Source: Oligoflexales bacterium (GTDB taxonomy: Bacteria; Bdellovibrionota_B; Oligoflexia; Oligoflexales; CAIYRB01). From it: DNA of 31,822 nucleotides. The translations under genes were made by a program, and so were the position numbers. Numbering within the stretch: position 1 is the stretch's first letter; every line of letters starts with the position of its first letter. The notes beneath the pieces are model-generated. The model was not told the origin of the DNA and did not search any database. It saw only the letters and a list, made by a program, of their open reading frames with translations. The stretch spans positions 1 to 31,822 of the forward strand of contig JBGSUI010000103.1 of NCBI GenBank assembly GCA_041736175.1, read 5' to 3'. Shown here one piece after another: positions 8,546 through 17,972 of this stretch.

Positions 8546-9979
8546 TTAGTATGTTTTGGCGACCCTTTCAATGGTGGCCCAAAGGAAGATCACAGAATTG
8601 CCCACTTCCTTGTGACTGGAACGAAACCATTGGCCGATGATGGGGATTTCGCTTAAAATCGACCCCTCGTCACCGTCGACCTGTTGGTCCATATCAATCC
8701 GACCAACGAGCACCTTTTGTCCTAAGGGAAGCTCTACACTACCCTTTAGAGCTTGAACATGGACCGAACCTCGATCGATTTTGGTTTTCAAAGATGTTTC
8801 ATATTTAAGATTCACTTTATTTTGGGACAAAGGGAACACCTCTAACCCTAAATCAAGACCCATGGCTTTCCATTCCAAAGCTCCCTCATCTGCGTCCGCT
8901 TCTTTTCCAGCGTCTTTTACTCTTGTCCGCTGTTTGCGATACGCAAACTCACCACCGCTTACGAGTTTAGTCGGCGTACTGGACATAAGTCGAATCACCG
9001 GCTGTGCCACCACTTTCGCTTTATCCTTTGCCATAAGATGAACCAATCGTGAAAAGATAGCCCCATCTACCCCTAAAGTCACACCGGGTGGCCCCCCTTG
9101 GACCAAGTTTGCACCTCCCCTTAATACAAGTTGTTCACGACTATCGATACCCTGCTGGTTGGTCGCCGACTCCTTCACACTGATCACATCAATCGAAACC
9201 TGAAAAAGACCGCGGTATTGGTCCTCTAAACAGCCGACGACTAAAACCCCTGCCTGGACTACAAGGCCGGTTTTTGCATGGATGATCTCCTCCCATTTTC
9301 TAATACTGGTCCGACTACAATCCCCTAAAACCAGCAGTCCACCTTGATCGAGGCTTTTGATCTCTACCGGTTGGCCCAGCAAGTCTGACATTTGCCGCTG
9401 CCATTCCAGCTTGAGGGCTAGACTCAGCTCAATTTTAAAGTCACAGCCTGTTACATTGCGGCAGAACTCAGAACTTTTCAGCCAAAATTCTCTATTTTCG
9501 GCGCTTCCCTCCATCAGTCTTTTGGTCTGGTCACAACGAACTCCAGGACGTTTGCAAATCCACTGAGGCAGCAAAGAATCAGATTGCGATTCGCCTTCCC
9601 CCCGGTCACTGCGATCACTTCCCTCTGAGTCAAAAACCTCAACCAGATACCTCTTACTAAGAGCACCGACGGGTTCTCCAGACCGCCGCTGATTTTCAAT
9701 CACGACCAGCCCCTTTCTGAGTCCAGTGATCTGCCAGGAGCCTTGGCCTCGATGGTAGAGGTTGATCACCCCTTTTCGCGAGACCTTGACTCCTGTCGCA
9801 AAATCAAAAGCCAGCGTCACCGAGGAGCCTTGCTGCAGGCGAACTTTTTCGAGACGATCATCACTCTCTGCCTCCGGCTCTGACAGGTTGTTTTCATTAG
9901 GAGAAGATATTCCTAGACCTCTCATCGTCACCAAAAAAGACATTAAAAAAGCAAATATCAGCTTTTTACTCGTCATCAT
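8546..9979 (-). CDS. Secretin, RcpA/CpaC-like (Tad/Flp or type II/III secretion family), divergent
   Basis: Signal peptide; N-terminal pilus-formation-like beta domain (ITGLRKG); AKVVAQP...LVSGGEF; LGLDL.V.P; C-terminal LSEIPIIGQWFRS. Confidence 0.8.
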   Translation of the reverse strand: MMTSKKLIFAFLMSFLVTMRGLGISSPNENNLSEPEAESDDRLEKVRLQQGSSVTLAFDFATGVKVSRKGVINLYHRGQGSWQITGLRKGLVVIENQRRSGEPVGALSKRYLVEVFDSEGSDRSDRGEGESQSDSLLPQWICKRPGVRCDQTKRLMEGSAENREFWLKSSEFCRNVTGCDFKIELSLALKLEWQRQMSDLLGQPVEIKSLDQGGLLVLGDCSRTSIRKWEEIIHAKTGLVVQAGVLVVGCLEDQYRGLFQVSIDVISVKESATNQQGIDSREQLVLRGGANLVQGGPPGVTLGVDGAIFSRLVHLMAKDKAKVVAQPVIRLMSSTPTKLVSGGEFAYRKQRTRVKDAGKEADADEGALEWKAMGLDLGLEVFPLSQNKVNLKYETSLKTKIDRGSVHVQALKGSVELPLGQKVLVGRIDMDQQVDGDEGSILSEIPIIGQWFRSSHKEVGNSVIFLWATIERVAKTY

Positions 9980-10397
9980 AAACCACCATGGATCGATCTT
10001 TACAAATACCCCATTGTGGTCGATTGACCTCTAGTTGGATTGGCTTTTTTGAAAATGCTAGCTCATAGAGTTGAGGGCTGGATATCTGGTCTCGCTTTTC
10101 AAGTTCTAGAACAATTTTCGCGCCAAAAATCGTTGTATAAAGTGGTTTCGGCACCATAAGACAACGATTTGCCGAATCGACCAGATAAAAACGGCCTTTC
10201 TGCTCGAGGGAAACATCTTTACCTAAGGAGATCCGCTTTTTTTCTACAACCCATTGAATCACTGAACTTGGTTGATCTTTGCCAGTCCCTTGAGACTTAA
10301 TTTGGTCCTGGCGAGAGATATTTGCTAAGCTCACTCCCGTTAAGAGTGCCACAAAATGGGATGCAATAGGTGGCCAGCCATTGAGCCTTAAGGACAT
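9966..10397 (-). CDS. Hypothetical protein with N-terminal hydrophobic segment, coupled to the secretin
   Basis: ORF overlaps both neighbours by 10-14 bp; N-terminal FVALLTGVSLA. Confidence 0.6.
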   Translation of the reverse strand: MSLRLNGWPPIASHFVALLTGVSLANISRQDQIKSQGTGKDQPSSVIQWVVEKKRISLGKDVSLEQKGRFYLVDSANRCLMVPKPLYTTIFGAKIVLELEKRDQISSPQLYELAFSKKPIQLEVNRPQWGICKDRSMVVYDDE

Positions 10398-10720
10398 CGT
10401 TTTGCTTCCTGCTCCAAGCCCTGGTGCGAAGATAGTCGCTCAAGAGCACGGCTCGCTACCACGCACAAAGCTCGTGGCCACCTTCCTAGGCTTGGTGCTT
10501 GGTGATCAAGCCTAATGGGAAAACACTGGTTTTTAGCGTCAAACATAGGTCTCTCGGCATAGGCGGATTCAAATCGATAACAGTACAAAGATGACCTATC
10601 GTCATCCAAAAGGTCCGCCTGGGACTGTTCAAATTTAACGATAGATCTATGCACATGCTTCTCCACCAAAAAAATCCCAACAATACAAAATATTTGTAAT
10701 AACGAACCGATCACTTCCAA
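10388..10720 (-). CDS. Hypothetical small membrane-anchored protein (pseudopilin-like by context)
   Basis: N-terminal hydrophobic helix after E (MEVIGSLLQIFCIVGIFLV); GAGG RBS; operon packing. Confidence 0.5.
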   Translation of the reverse strand: MEVIGSLLQIFCIVGIFLVEKHVHRSIVKFEQSQADLLDDDRSSLYCYRFESAYAERPMFDAKNQCFPIRLDHQAPSLGRWPRALCVVASRALERLSSHQGLEQEAKRCP

Positions 10721-10731
10721 CCCTCAAAAGC

Positions 10732-11154
10732 CTAGAAAAGCGACTCTTTCAGTCGACGTCGATACACCCAGTTTGGCCAGTGCTGGGGCTGACCCTCATG
10801 CCTCTCAAGCACCACTTCATAATCAGTCTGTTTATCAGGACAGTCGACTAGCTGATCTCCATAATATTCTGTGATACCTGCGATTAAGTCATCGGCGCTG
10901 GCGCTTAGAGCAGCTTTTAGTTCAGTAGGGTGAACCTCTCCAGACTCCCTGTATTTGTGGTCTAGGGTCCAGACGGCCTCTTTCAGGTTGCGGTTTGCTG
11001 CATCCACTAGAGCACATTTTTTAAGTTTAAACTCCTCCTCCCAATAAAGGCGCTTTTCCAGCGCTAATCCCACAGTCTCTCCAAGCCCCTTTAAGGATAA
11101 GGCTAAAATGACAGCTTGAACGAATAATAAAAACAAAAGAAACAGGTTTTTCAC
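10732..11154 (-). CDS. Hypothetical membrane-anchored protein
   Basis: GTG start with GGAG RBS; strong N-terminal hydrophobic helix. Confidence 0.6.
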   Translation of the reverse strand: MKNLFLLFLLFVQAVILALSLKGLGETVGLALEKRLYWEEEFKLKKCALVDAANRNLKEAVWTLDHKYRESGEVHPTELKAALSASADDLIAGITEYYGDQLVDCPDKQTDYEVVLERHEGQPQHWPNWVYRRRLKESLF

Positions 11155-11272
11155 GGCGGAATCTCCACGTCGTCAAGTCACCGATCAAGGCTTCTTACTA
11201 TGGCTTGAACTTCCTTGGCCATGGACATTTTCTGGGCCAGGGAAGGACTAAATGGGACTCTAGATAGCTATC

Positions 11273-13966
11273 TCAAAAATCATATTTGAGCAGGTACTCA
11301 AAAACATTTCTCTTGTACTGATTCACTTCTTGAGTCGATGTCTTGTGATTACGAACCCAACTAAGATGGTGGTTTAGAGACCAAAGGTTCATAATTCCAA
11401 AATCAACTTTCGTGGTCAATATCTTCTGATTCTTGACTGGATCTTGGTTGGTAAAGGTTTCCTTGGCTTGTTCAATATCAATCCCGGTAAAAAGCTGCTG
11501 GGGCAGTTTCAGATGACTATAGAGTCGATAGGTTTGAATATTAAAATCATCGACTTTTGAATCCAAAGCCCTATAAACGCCTACTTTTCGATAACCCTTT
11601 AAACCAATATGAAAGATATTTGACCTGTAGGGCTCAAATCCAAGTGAAATGGTTCGTGAGCGGTGGCTTCGGTCGGTAGCACCCACGAGTTCTTGCAGTT
11701 CAGGATCATAGATGTCATTTCGGAGAGGTAGGGGATCAAGCAGCAAACTATTTAAGATTTCAAAATTCAGGTTAAGGAGGCGTGGACTCCCAACCAAAAA
11801 AGATGCCTTCAAAAAATCTAAGGCTCTCTCTTCGCCAACATAGTTCATTCCGATAGCAGCTCTCAGCCCAGTTTCGAACCAAGCTTCCTTGGTTGTCTTT
11901 TCAAGACCAAATCGTAAGAGCGAATCGATTCCAATATCCTGATCAAGGGGAGCTAAATCTTTAAGACCCGACTCCAAATAGTCAACTCTCCTAAAATTAA
12001 AAATGGTTCCAAACTGTCCATCGTGGTTGCGAAAAGCCCAGGCCGAAGCCTTTGCTCCACTGACCAAACCCATGGAAGACCTTTTTTTAAATTTACCTTC
12101 AGCGATCTGTTCTAAATCATAATCAGTTCTTAAAATATTTGAGTCATAAATAAGTCCTCCCATTAACCCTAAATCCCATAGTCTTTGGTTGGTCGCTTCT
12201 CGTTTAAAACCTTTGGCTGAGTCCCGAAGGTAATCTGGAATCGCGTTGTTTTCCGCTACCCTTAACATCGCTTTTTCGGCTGCTGAGAGTTCCTTGGCCT
12301 TAAAAGCTGCATAACCTAGATAATAATCGAGCAGCCCCATTTCCATAGGATCTGGTGCCTTAAAAAATCCCCCGGTATCAAGACTGTCTTTAGCTAACAA
12401 AAAACTCCTATACGCCTGCTCCCAGCGGCTCTCAAGGAGATCCAAAAGACCGAGATAAATAAAGGTTTTTGGCTCTACTTGGCCCAATTGAGGCCGTGAC
12501 TCGTCAAACACTTCTATAACCTGGTCATACCATCCCAGTCGAGCATAGGCTTCTGCCGCCAATGCCCGCAGAGTCACGTCATCTTTATCAGAAATCCAAT
12601 AGGGCGATAGATGTTCAAGGGCACTAAGCAACTCCCCTTTATTAAGTGACTTTCGAGCTGCCAACAGGGCATTGCGCAGGGTTTCGGCGCGGTCTCCTTT
12701 AGGAACAAGAACCCAGCCATTAAGGGCTGCGTCATATTCGCTGCCAAACCGGTATTCAGGTGTCGTCTCTTTCATCACACGTTGGAGCTTACGAACACGC
12801 AAAGGCAAAATCTCGACTCCTTTGGATTTTGTTTGGACCACCTGGGAGCCTGGTTTGGTGATATCAACTTCAAATCCAGCGGGTATGACCCAAGCCTGTC
12901 CTTCTCCAAAGGCACCTGTCTGCAAAAAAATCCGTGCAACACCGGCGTAAACCTGAACCGACACCCCCGTTGAATCGGAAAGATCCCCAGATTCATCCTC
13001 CTCGTCCGTTGTGCTCCCAGATTTTTTTTTGGAAGTCATTGTTTGAGCGTCATGGCGCAAGATCGCGAGATCACATTTTGGATCCGGATCGATTTGCAAC
13101 CAACTTTCCGCGGGTAGCTGGCTACCATCTTGGGTCGACCCATCCGCCACGAGAATACTCCACTCTGGGTAAATCCCATTGAGTTGGCGACTCCGCAAGC
13201 TGCCCCTTCCGAGGATCAGGGCTCGCCGTTTTGGGGTGCTTTGGCTCAAGTGGACAACACCGTTATCAAATAGAGTGTGACTTTCATGGCCTTTACGTCC
13301 AAAGCGCAAGACCCCTTTTGCTTGCGTCCTTAGGGTTTCGACCCACTCTAGGGTCCGCTCATCACGTCCGATGACCTGGACTTTGCTGCTATGAAAAGAA
13401 TATCCAAAGCCTTGGATTGCCGATACCACCGCATCTTTAACAGAGACCTCTTCGACGGCCTTAGTGTCAAAAACGATCGGTACGGTGATATCCCCAGGTT
13501 TGTAGCCGATAGGTGGGCTTAAAATGGCGATGTTGTAAGTTAAAAAGAGCGATCCAAATTGATTGTAAACAATAAAGACGACACGATGTCGGCCCAACCC
13601 CCACTCATCGGTATCCAACGTACAACTTGCCGTTGTACAGATCACGCCGCTGGCGCGGATCCATTTATATTGCAAATCGGCTCCTTGCGCTTCCACTTTG
13701 ACCCGGATTTTTTCGCCACGATAGATAGAAAACTCTGTCTTACTATAGGCATCGATCCGAGGCGCTTTAAAAGCCTTTTTTTCCTGGCCAAACCCATGGG
13801 GCGCCCCTAAACACAACATGATCAGTAGCACCACAAGGTGGACCCATTCTTTGACTCTATCGATTCGATGTTTCAATACTTTGCGCCGCTGATAATTGAT
13901 CTTGTTCCTAAACTTTTGTTTGCCATTAGGAATCGGAAGATTCGACCAGCCAGCTAAGGCGCTCAC
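11273..13966 (-). CDS. Large outer-membrane protein: Ig/PKD-like, FecR-like, TPR-like and C-terminal beta-barrel regions. True start probably ~90-150 nt downstream of 13966
   Basis: Internal signal-like VHLVVLLIMLCLGAPHGFG; Ig-like VEAQGADLQYKW; FecR-like VQVYAGVA; TPR-like LAAEAYARLG, YLGLL, YYLGYAAF; amphipathic strands ending YDF. Confidence 0.65.
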   Translation of the reverse strand: MSALAGWSNLPIPNGKQKFRNKINYQRRKVLKHRIDRVKEWVHLVVLLIMLCLGAPHGFGQEKKAFKAPRIDAYSKTEFSIYRGEKIRVKVEAQGADLQYKWIRASGVICTTASCTLDTDEWGLGRHRVVFIVYNQFGSLFLTYNIAILSPPIGYKPGDITVPIVFDTKAVEEVSVKDAVVSAIQGFGYSFHSSKVQVIGRDERTLEWVETLRTQAKGVLRFGRKGHESHTLFDNGVVHLSQSTPKRRALILGRGSLRSRQLNGIYPEWSILVADGSTQDGSQLPAESWLQIDPDPKCDLAILRHDAQTMTSKKKSGSTTDEEDESGDLSDSTGVSVQVYAGVARIFLQTGAFGEGQAWVIPAGFEVDITKPGSQVVQTKSKGVEILPLRVRKLQRVMKETTPEYRFGSEYDAALNGWVLVPKGDRAETLRNALLAARKSLNKGELLSALEHLSPYWISDKDDVTLRALAAEAYARLGWYDQVIEVFDESRPQLGQVEPKTFIYLGLLDLLESRWEQAYRSFLLAKDSLDTGGFFKAPDPMEMGLLDYYLGYAAFKAKELSAAEKAMLRVAENNAIPDYLRDSAKGFKREATNQRLWDLGLMGGLIYDSNILRTDYDLEQIAEGKFKKRSSMGLVSGAKASAWAFRNHDGQFGTIFNFRRVDYLESGLKDLAPLDQDIGIDSLLRFGLEKTTKEAWFETGLRAAIGMNYVGEERALDFLKASFLVGSPRLLNLNFEILNSLLLDPLPLRNDIYDPELQELVGATDRSHRSRTISLGFEPYRSNIFHIGLKGYRKVGVYRALDSKVDDFNIQTYRLYSHLKLPQQLFTGIDIEQAKETFTNQDPVKNQKILTTKVDFGIMNLWSLNHHLSWVRNHKTSTQEVNQYKRNVFEYLLKYDF

Positions 13967-13979
13967 CTTTGGTGAAAAG

Positions 13980-14014
13980 GACTCATTTTCGCTAATCTAT
14001 CAATAAAATGAGTC
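13980..14014. repeat. 10-bp perfect inverted repeat (terminator or operator) between coaD and the outer-membrane gene
   Basis: GACTCATTTT-N15-AAAATGAGTC. Confidence 0.6.
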
Positions 14015-14051
14015 GCTCATAGAATATTTTGGTCCTTAAGAAATCTTAAGT

Positions 14052-14540
14052 CTAGGGGATTCCGGTCCAGCCTTTGGCTCGAAAGCCGTCCACTACGGCC
14101 TTAGGAACTAAGTGGGTGATATCTCCTTGGTAGGCCGCAAGCTCACGGGCCATGCTTGACGAGATATGGCTCAAAGCTCCTAAGGTTGGAAAAATAACGG
14201 TGTCGAGTTTAGGATCTAAAGTGTGATTCATCTGCGCCATTTGCAACTCATAACTATAATCCTGTACAGATCGCACTCCACGTATAAGCGCAATAACTCC
14301 ATGTTTTCGGGCAAACTCAACCGTCAAGCCACTATACTCGACAATAGAAACATTTGAGATCTCTTGTGTGGCTTTTTTGATCATCTCTAGGCGTTCTTCT
14401 AGTTTAAAGTACGGCGACTTTCCCTGGGCTTGTCCAACCCCAATCAAAACTAAATCAAATAGTCTCGCGGCGCGCTTTATAATATCGAGATGCCCTAAAG
14501 TTAGGGGATCAAAACTACCGGCAAAGAGTGCTTTTCTCAT
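14052..14540 (-). CDS. coaD: Pantetheine-phosphate adenylyltransferase
   Basis: ALFAGSFDPLTLGHLDII (TxGH), IRGVRSVQDYSYE, ISSS; follows rsmD. Confidence 0.97.
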   Translation of the reverse strand: MRKALFAGSFDPLTLGHLDIIKRAARLFDLVLIGVGQAQGKSPYFKLEERLEMIKKATQEISNVSIVEYSGLTVEFARKHGVIALIRGVRSVQDYSYELQMAQMNHTLDPKLDTVIFPTLGALSHISSSMARELAAYQGDITHLVPKAVVDGFRAKGWTGIP

Positions 14541-15202
14541 CCCATGGTGCTTTCAATGCTAGCGGAGTTTCTCTCACAGACCGTAATCCCTACTTCGCCA
14601 AAACTCTTGGATTTTATCCATTGAAAGTCGCCCATAGATGCGACGACCTCCTTGACGAATTCTGTATCTTGGCCACCGCGACTCTCAAAAATGATTTTAC
14701 CATGGGGTCGAACAACTTGCGCTAACAACTCAAAAAGAGGTTTGGCCCAGGTTTGCACTTTTTCATAGGGGGGGTCAATATAAACAAGGTCCACCATTGG
14801 CCCGAGATTTTGCACTCCTTCACTCTTGACGGCAGCCCTTACGACCCAGGTCCCCTTGAGGGCGTCATGTTTTATAATTTTTATATCTGGTTTTATAAGT
14901 CCCTGGACCGCAGCCCGCCGGGTGATTTCCTCAGCGCTTTGGTGAAGGCATTTTTGGGCCACCCCATTTTGCTCGATAAAAATAGCCCGGCCAACGCCTC
15001 GACTTAGGGCTTCAAAGCCCATGGCCCCGCTGCCTGCAAACAGATCTAAAAAGGTAGCATCTTGGTGAATATCAGGGGCCAGCAGGCTAAACACAGCCTC
15101 CCTAACCCTCGATGGGGTGGGCCGCGTGGAAAGGCCGGGTGGCGTCGCTAAAGACATCCCCTTGGCCCATCCAGAAATAACTGTGACTACACTTTGCTTC
15201 AA
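14537..15202 (-). CDS. rsmD: 16S rRNA m2G966 methyltransferase
   Basis: VISGWAKG..L, TRPT..RVREAVF, LDLFAGSGAMGFEALSRG, YIDPPY; TTG 15202 with GGAG RBS; ATGA overlap with coaD. Confidence 0.93.
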   Translation of the reverse strand: MKQSVVTVISGWAKGMSLATPPGLSTRPTPSRVREAVFSLLAPDIHQDATFLDLFAGSGAMGFEALSRGVGRAIFIEQNGVAQKCLHQSAEEITRRAAVQGLIKPDIKIIKHDALKGTWVVRAAVKSEGVQNLGPMVDLVYIDPPYEKVQTWAKPLFELLAQVVRPHGKIIFESRGGQDTEFVKEVVASMGDFQWIKSKSFGEVGITVCERNSASIESTMG

Positions 15203-15341
15203 GGTGGGGTCTCCGCCTCCTCGGTTATCGATATCGGGACCTATTACGCCATTCCTCCTCAATCTACAAGCAAAACTCACTTGCTTTCAATAGCCACATC
15301 CTATACCATCCCCCGTCCTGACCAACCCACGGGGGAACTAT

Positions 15342-17252
15342 ATGAATATTCGCCAGATACAAGAAGCCCGCGACCTATACGGTATCGATGAATGGGGTGC
15401 CGGCTATTTCGGGATCAATGACGAGGGTAAGGTCGTTTGTCATCCGACTGGCGAAGAGCATATGAGCGTGCCTATCCCCGAGGTGGTTGCTACCCTTAAA
15501 AAGCAGGGCATCCATACCCCTCTCATCCTGCGCTTTCCACAGATTGTCGAATGCCAACTGGAACGGATGCATTTAGCTTTTAGGCAGGCTATTCAGGAGT
15601 TTAGCTTTAAGGGGCGGCATGTTGGGGTCTTTCCTTTTAAAGTCAACCAGCGCCGTGAATTTATCGATGCCGTCGTGTCCTGCGGACAGAGACTCGACTA
15701 CGGACTGGAAGTCGGTAGCAAAACCGAGTTTATTGCTGCCCTTAGCTATCCACTCACTTCGGATTCGCTGCTCGTTTGTAACGGGTTTAAGGACCGTGAG
15801 TTTATTGAGATGGCGTTTATTGGCAGCGCTTTAGGCAAGAGAGTCATCGTGGTCGTAGAAGGACCTGACGAACTCGCACAGTTTATCGATATGGCTAAAA
15901 CCCGTCAGCAAGCCCCGGAGGTGGGATTGCGGGTGAGGCTCTATAGCAAAGGAGCTGGAAAATGGGAGAAATCCTCTGGGGACTCCTCTAAATTTGGTCT
16001 CACGACCACAGAAATGCTCAACTGCCTTGGTCTCCTTGAAGAAGCAAATCTCAAGGGTCTCTTGTCGATGCTGCACTTTCACATTGGTTCCCAAATCACA
16101 GAGATTAAGCGATTTAAAAACGCCATTAAAGAGGCCTCCAGAGTCTACTCAAAGGTGGTAAAAATGGGGTATAATCCCCATTTCCTCAACATCGGTGGCG
16201 GTGTTGGGGTGGATTATGACGGAAGTAAGACTTCGTTTCTGTCCAGCGCCAACTATACCATGCAAGAATTTGCCAACGATGCCATTTATGTCTGCGGCGA
16301 AGTCTGCAATAACGAAAACGTCCCCCATCCAACGATTGTCACAGAATCTGGCCGCGTGATCGCTGCCTATCACTCTGTCGTCGTTACAGATATCCGAGAA
16401 GTACAGGGAGAAGAGACCTATCCATCTGATCATCCTATCCCTGATATCAGCGATGCTGAGACCCATAAAAGCATTAAAGAACTCAAATATATTCTGGACA
16501 ATATCAATCGTAAAAACTTTGTTGAGTTTTACCACGATTCGATTGAATACCAGGAAGAGCTGTTTACACTATTTAATTTAGGCTACTTAAATTTGCAGGA
16601 TCGCTGTCTGGCAGAAGATCTCTTTAGACGCATCTGCCGTCGCGCCCTTTATTTCTCATCGTTCCAAAAGCACCAATTAGAAGAGTTTGAAGATCTTCAA
16701 AAATTGATGGTCAGTAAATATCTTGCAAATTTTTCTATGTTCCAATCGATCCCTGATAGCTGGGCAATCGATCAACTATTCCCAGTAATGCCCTTAAGCC
16801 GTCATGACGAAAAGCCATCCCATAAAGCAACCATTGTTGATATCACCTGTGATTCTGATGGTTGTCTCGATACCTTTATCGATCGATCAGATATCAAGAC
16901 GTCGTTGGATTTGCATATTCCCAATGACTTGCCCTATTATATTGGCTTTTTTCTAGTGGGCGCTTACCAAGAGAGCTTAGCTAATGAGCACAATTTATTT
17001 GGTGCCATCCACGAAGCCGAGATTTATATCAACCGCGATGGTGATTGGGACATCACTAAGATTACCAAAGGGGACCCCATCGAGGAGCTGCTCCAATCGA
17101 GAAACTACGACGTAGAACAGATGGTAGAGTGTTACCAAAATCAACTCCAAAAAGCGGTTGAAAAACAGGGGATGAACAACGAAGAAGCGACCGTCATCCT
17201 TGAAAAGCTCAAAAAGTTTATGCGTACAACCCCTTACTTGTTGGATCGGTAA
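15342..17252 (+). CDS. speA: Biosynthetic arginine decarboxylase
   Basis: YGIDEWGAGYF, FPFKVNQ (PLP Lys), GLEVGSK, SKFGL, HFHIGSQ, ESGR, DITCDSDG, GAYQE. Confidence 0.97.
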   Translation: MNIRQIQEARDLYGIDEWGAGYFGINDEGKVVCHPTGEEHMSVPIPEVVATLKKQGIHTPLILRFPQIVECQLERMHLAFRQAIQEFSFKGRHVGVFPFKVNQRREFIDAVVSCGQRLDYGLEVGSKTEFIAALSYPLTSDSLLVCNGFKDREFIEMAFIGSALGKRVIVVVEGPDELAQFIDMAKTRQQAPEVGLRVRLYSKGAGKWEKSSGDSSKFGLTTTEMLNCLGLLEEANLKGLLSMLHFHIGSQITEIKRFKNAIKEASRVYSKVVKMGYNPHFLNIGGGVGVDYDGSKTSFLSSANYTMQEFANDAIYVCGEVCNNENVPHPTIVTESGRVIAAYHSVVVTDIREVQGEETYPSDHPIPDISDAETHKSIKELKYILDNINRKNFVEFYHDSIEYQEELFTLFNLGYLNLQDRCLAEDLFRRICRRALYFSSFQKHQLEEFEDLQKLMVSKYLANFSMFQSIPDSWAIDQLFPVMPLSRHDEKPSHKATIVDITCDSDGCLDTFIDRSDIKTSLDLHIPNDLPYYIGFFLVGAYQESLANEHNLFGAIHEAEIYINRDGDWDITKITKGDPIEELLQSRNYDVEQMVECYQNQLQKAVEKQGMNNEEATVILEKLKKFMRTTPYLLDR

Positions 17253-17359
17253 AAGCGAGGGATTGATTACGGTTCCGTTGCTAAATCGCAACCACCTTTA
17301 ATTATTGAAAGACTTACTTCAACGATTGGACAATTTAAAGCCCCTTAGGCCCCTTTGAC

Positions 17360-17384
17360 TCAAGTAACATGAATATGTGCCGAC
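17360..17384 (+). promoter_or_regulatory. Sigma28 (FliA)-type promoter
   Basis: TCAAG-N14-GCCGAC, about 80 nt upstream of the STAS gene. Confidence 0.6.
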
Positions 17385-17461
17385 CATGTAAGAAGCAGGC
17401 CGGCATATGATCGGTCAAGGCGATAGGGACTTTTAAATCAGCCAATCGGAGTCGGCAAGTC

Positions 17462-17941
17462 ATGCAAATAAGTATCAACATCGAAAAAAAGGGTGACTGG
17501 GAGCGGCTTTCCTACAGCGGCCCTATTAACGAAGATACCGAAGTGCATTTAGCTCCTTTTATTAGCTCCCTTGGAGCTAACGTCCTGGTCAATTTTAGAA
17601 AAGTAGAATTCGTCAATAGCTGCGGAGTCCGCGCTTGGATTAACTTTCTCCGCGAAGTAGAAAAAAACCGCAAGATAGTTTTTGAGGAATGCACTCCAGA
17701 AATTGTAAGCCAAATCAATATGATACCCAACTTTAAGGGCAGTGCTCAAGTCCACTCAGTCTACGCATCCTATAGCTGCCCCAACTGTGGACATCAGTCG
17801 TGGAAGCTCTTTGAAAGGGGCAAAAACTTGCCTAGTTCCAGTTCGGACGACGTTCCCCAACCTGGATGCGAAAAATGTAAAACCAGTATGGAGATGGAAG
17901 AGTTCGAAGAAGAGTTTTTTGCTTGGGTTGATGCTGCCTAG
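17462..17941 (+). CDS. STAS-like (anti-anti-sigma fold) protein with C-terminal zinc ribbon
   Basis: LSYSGPINED, VNFRKVEFVNSCGVRAW (phosphorylatable-Ser motif), CPNC...CEKC. Confidence 0.8.
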   Translation: MQISINIEKKGDWERLSYSGPINEDTEVHLAPFISSLGANVLVNFRKVEFVNSCGVRAWINFLREVEKNRKIVFEECTPEIVSQINMIPNFKGSAQVHSVYASYSCPNCGHQSWKLFERGKNLPSSSSDDVPQPGCEKCKTSMEMEEFEEEFFAWVDAA

Positions 17942-17972
17942 ATTCTATCATTTATAAGGGCTCTAAGAATTT

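Noticed and set aside
11211..11244. Inverted repeat TTCCTTGGCC/GGCCAGGGAA between the outer-membrane gene and the secretin operon
   Set aside because: No U-tract on the coding strand; likely an ordinary mRNA hairpin
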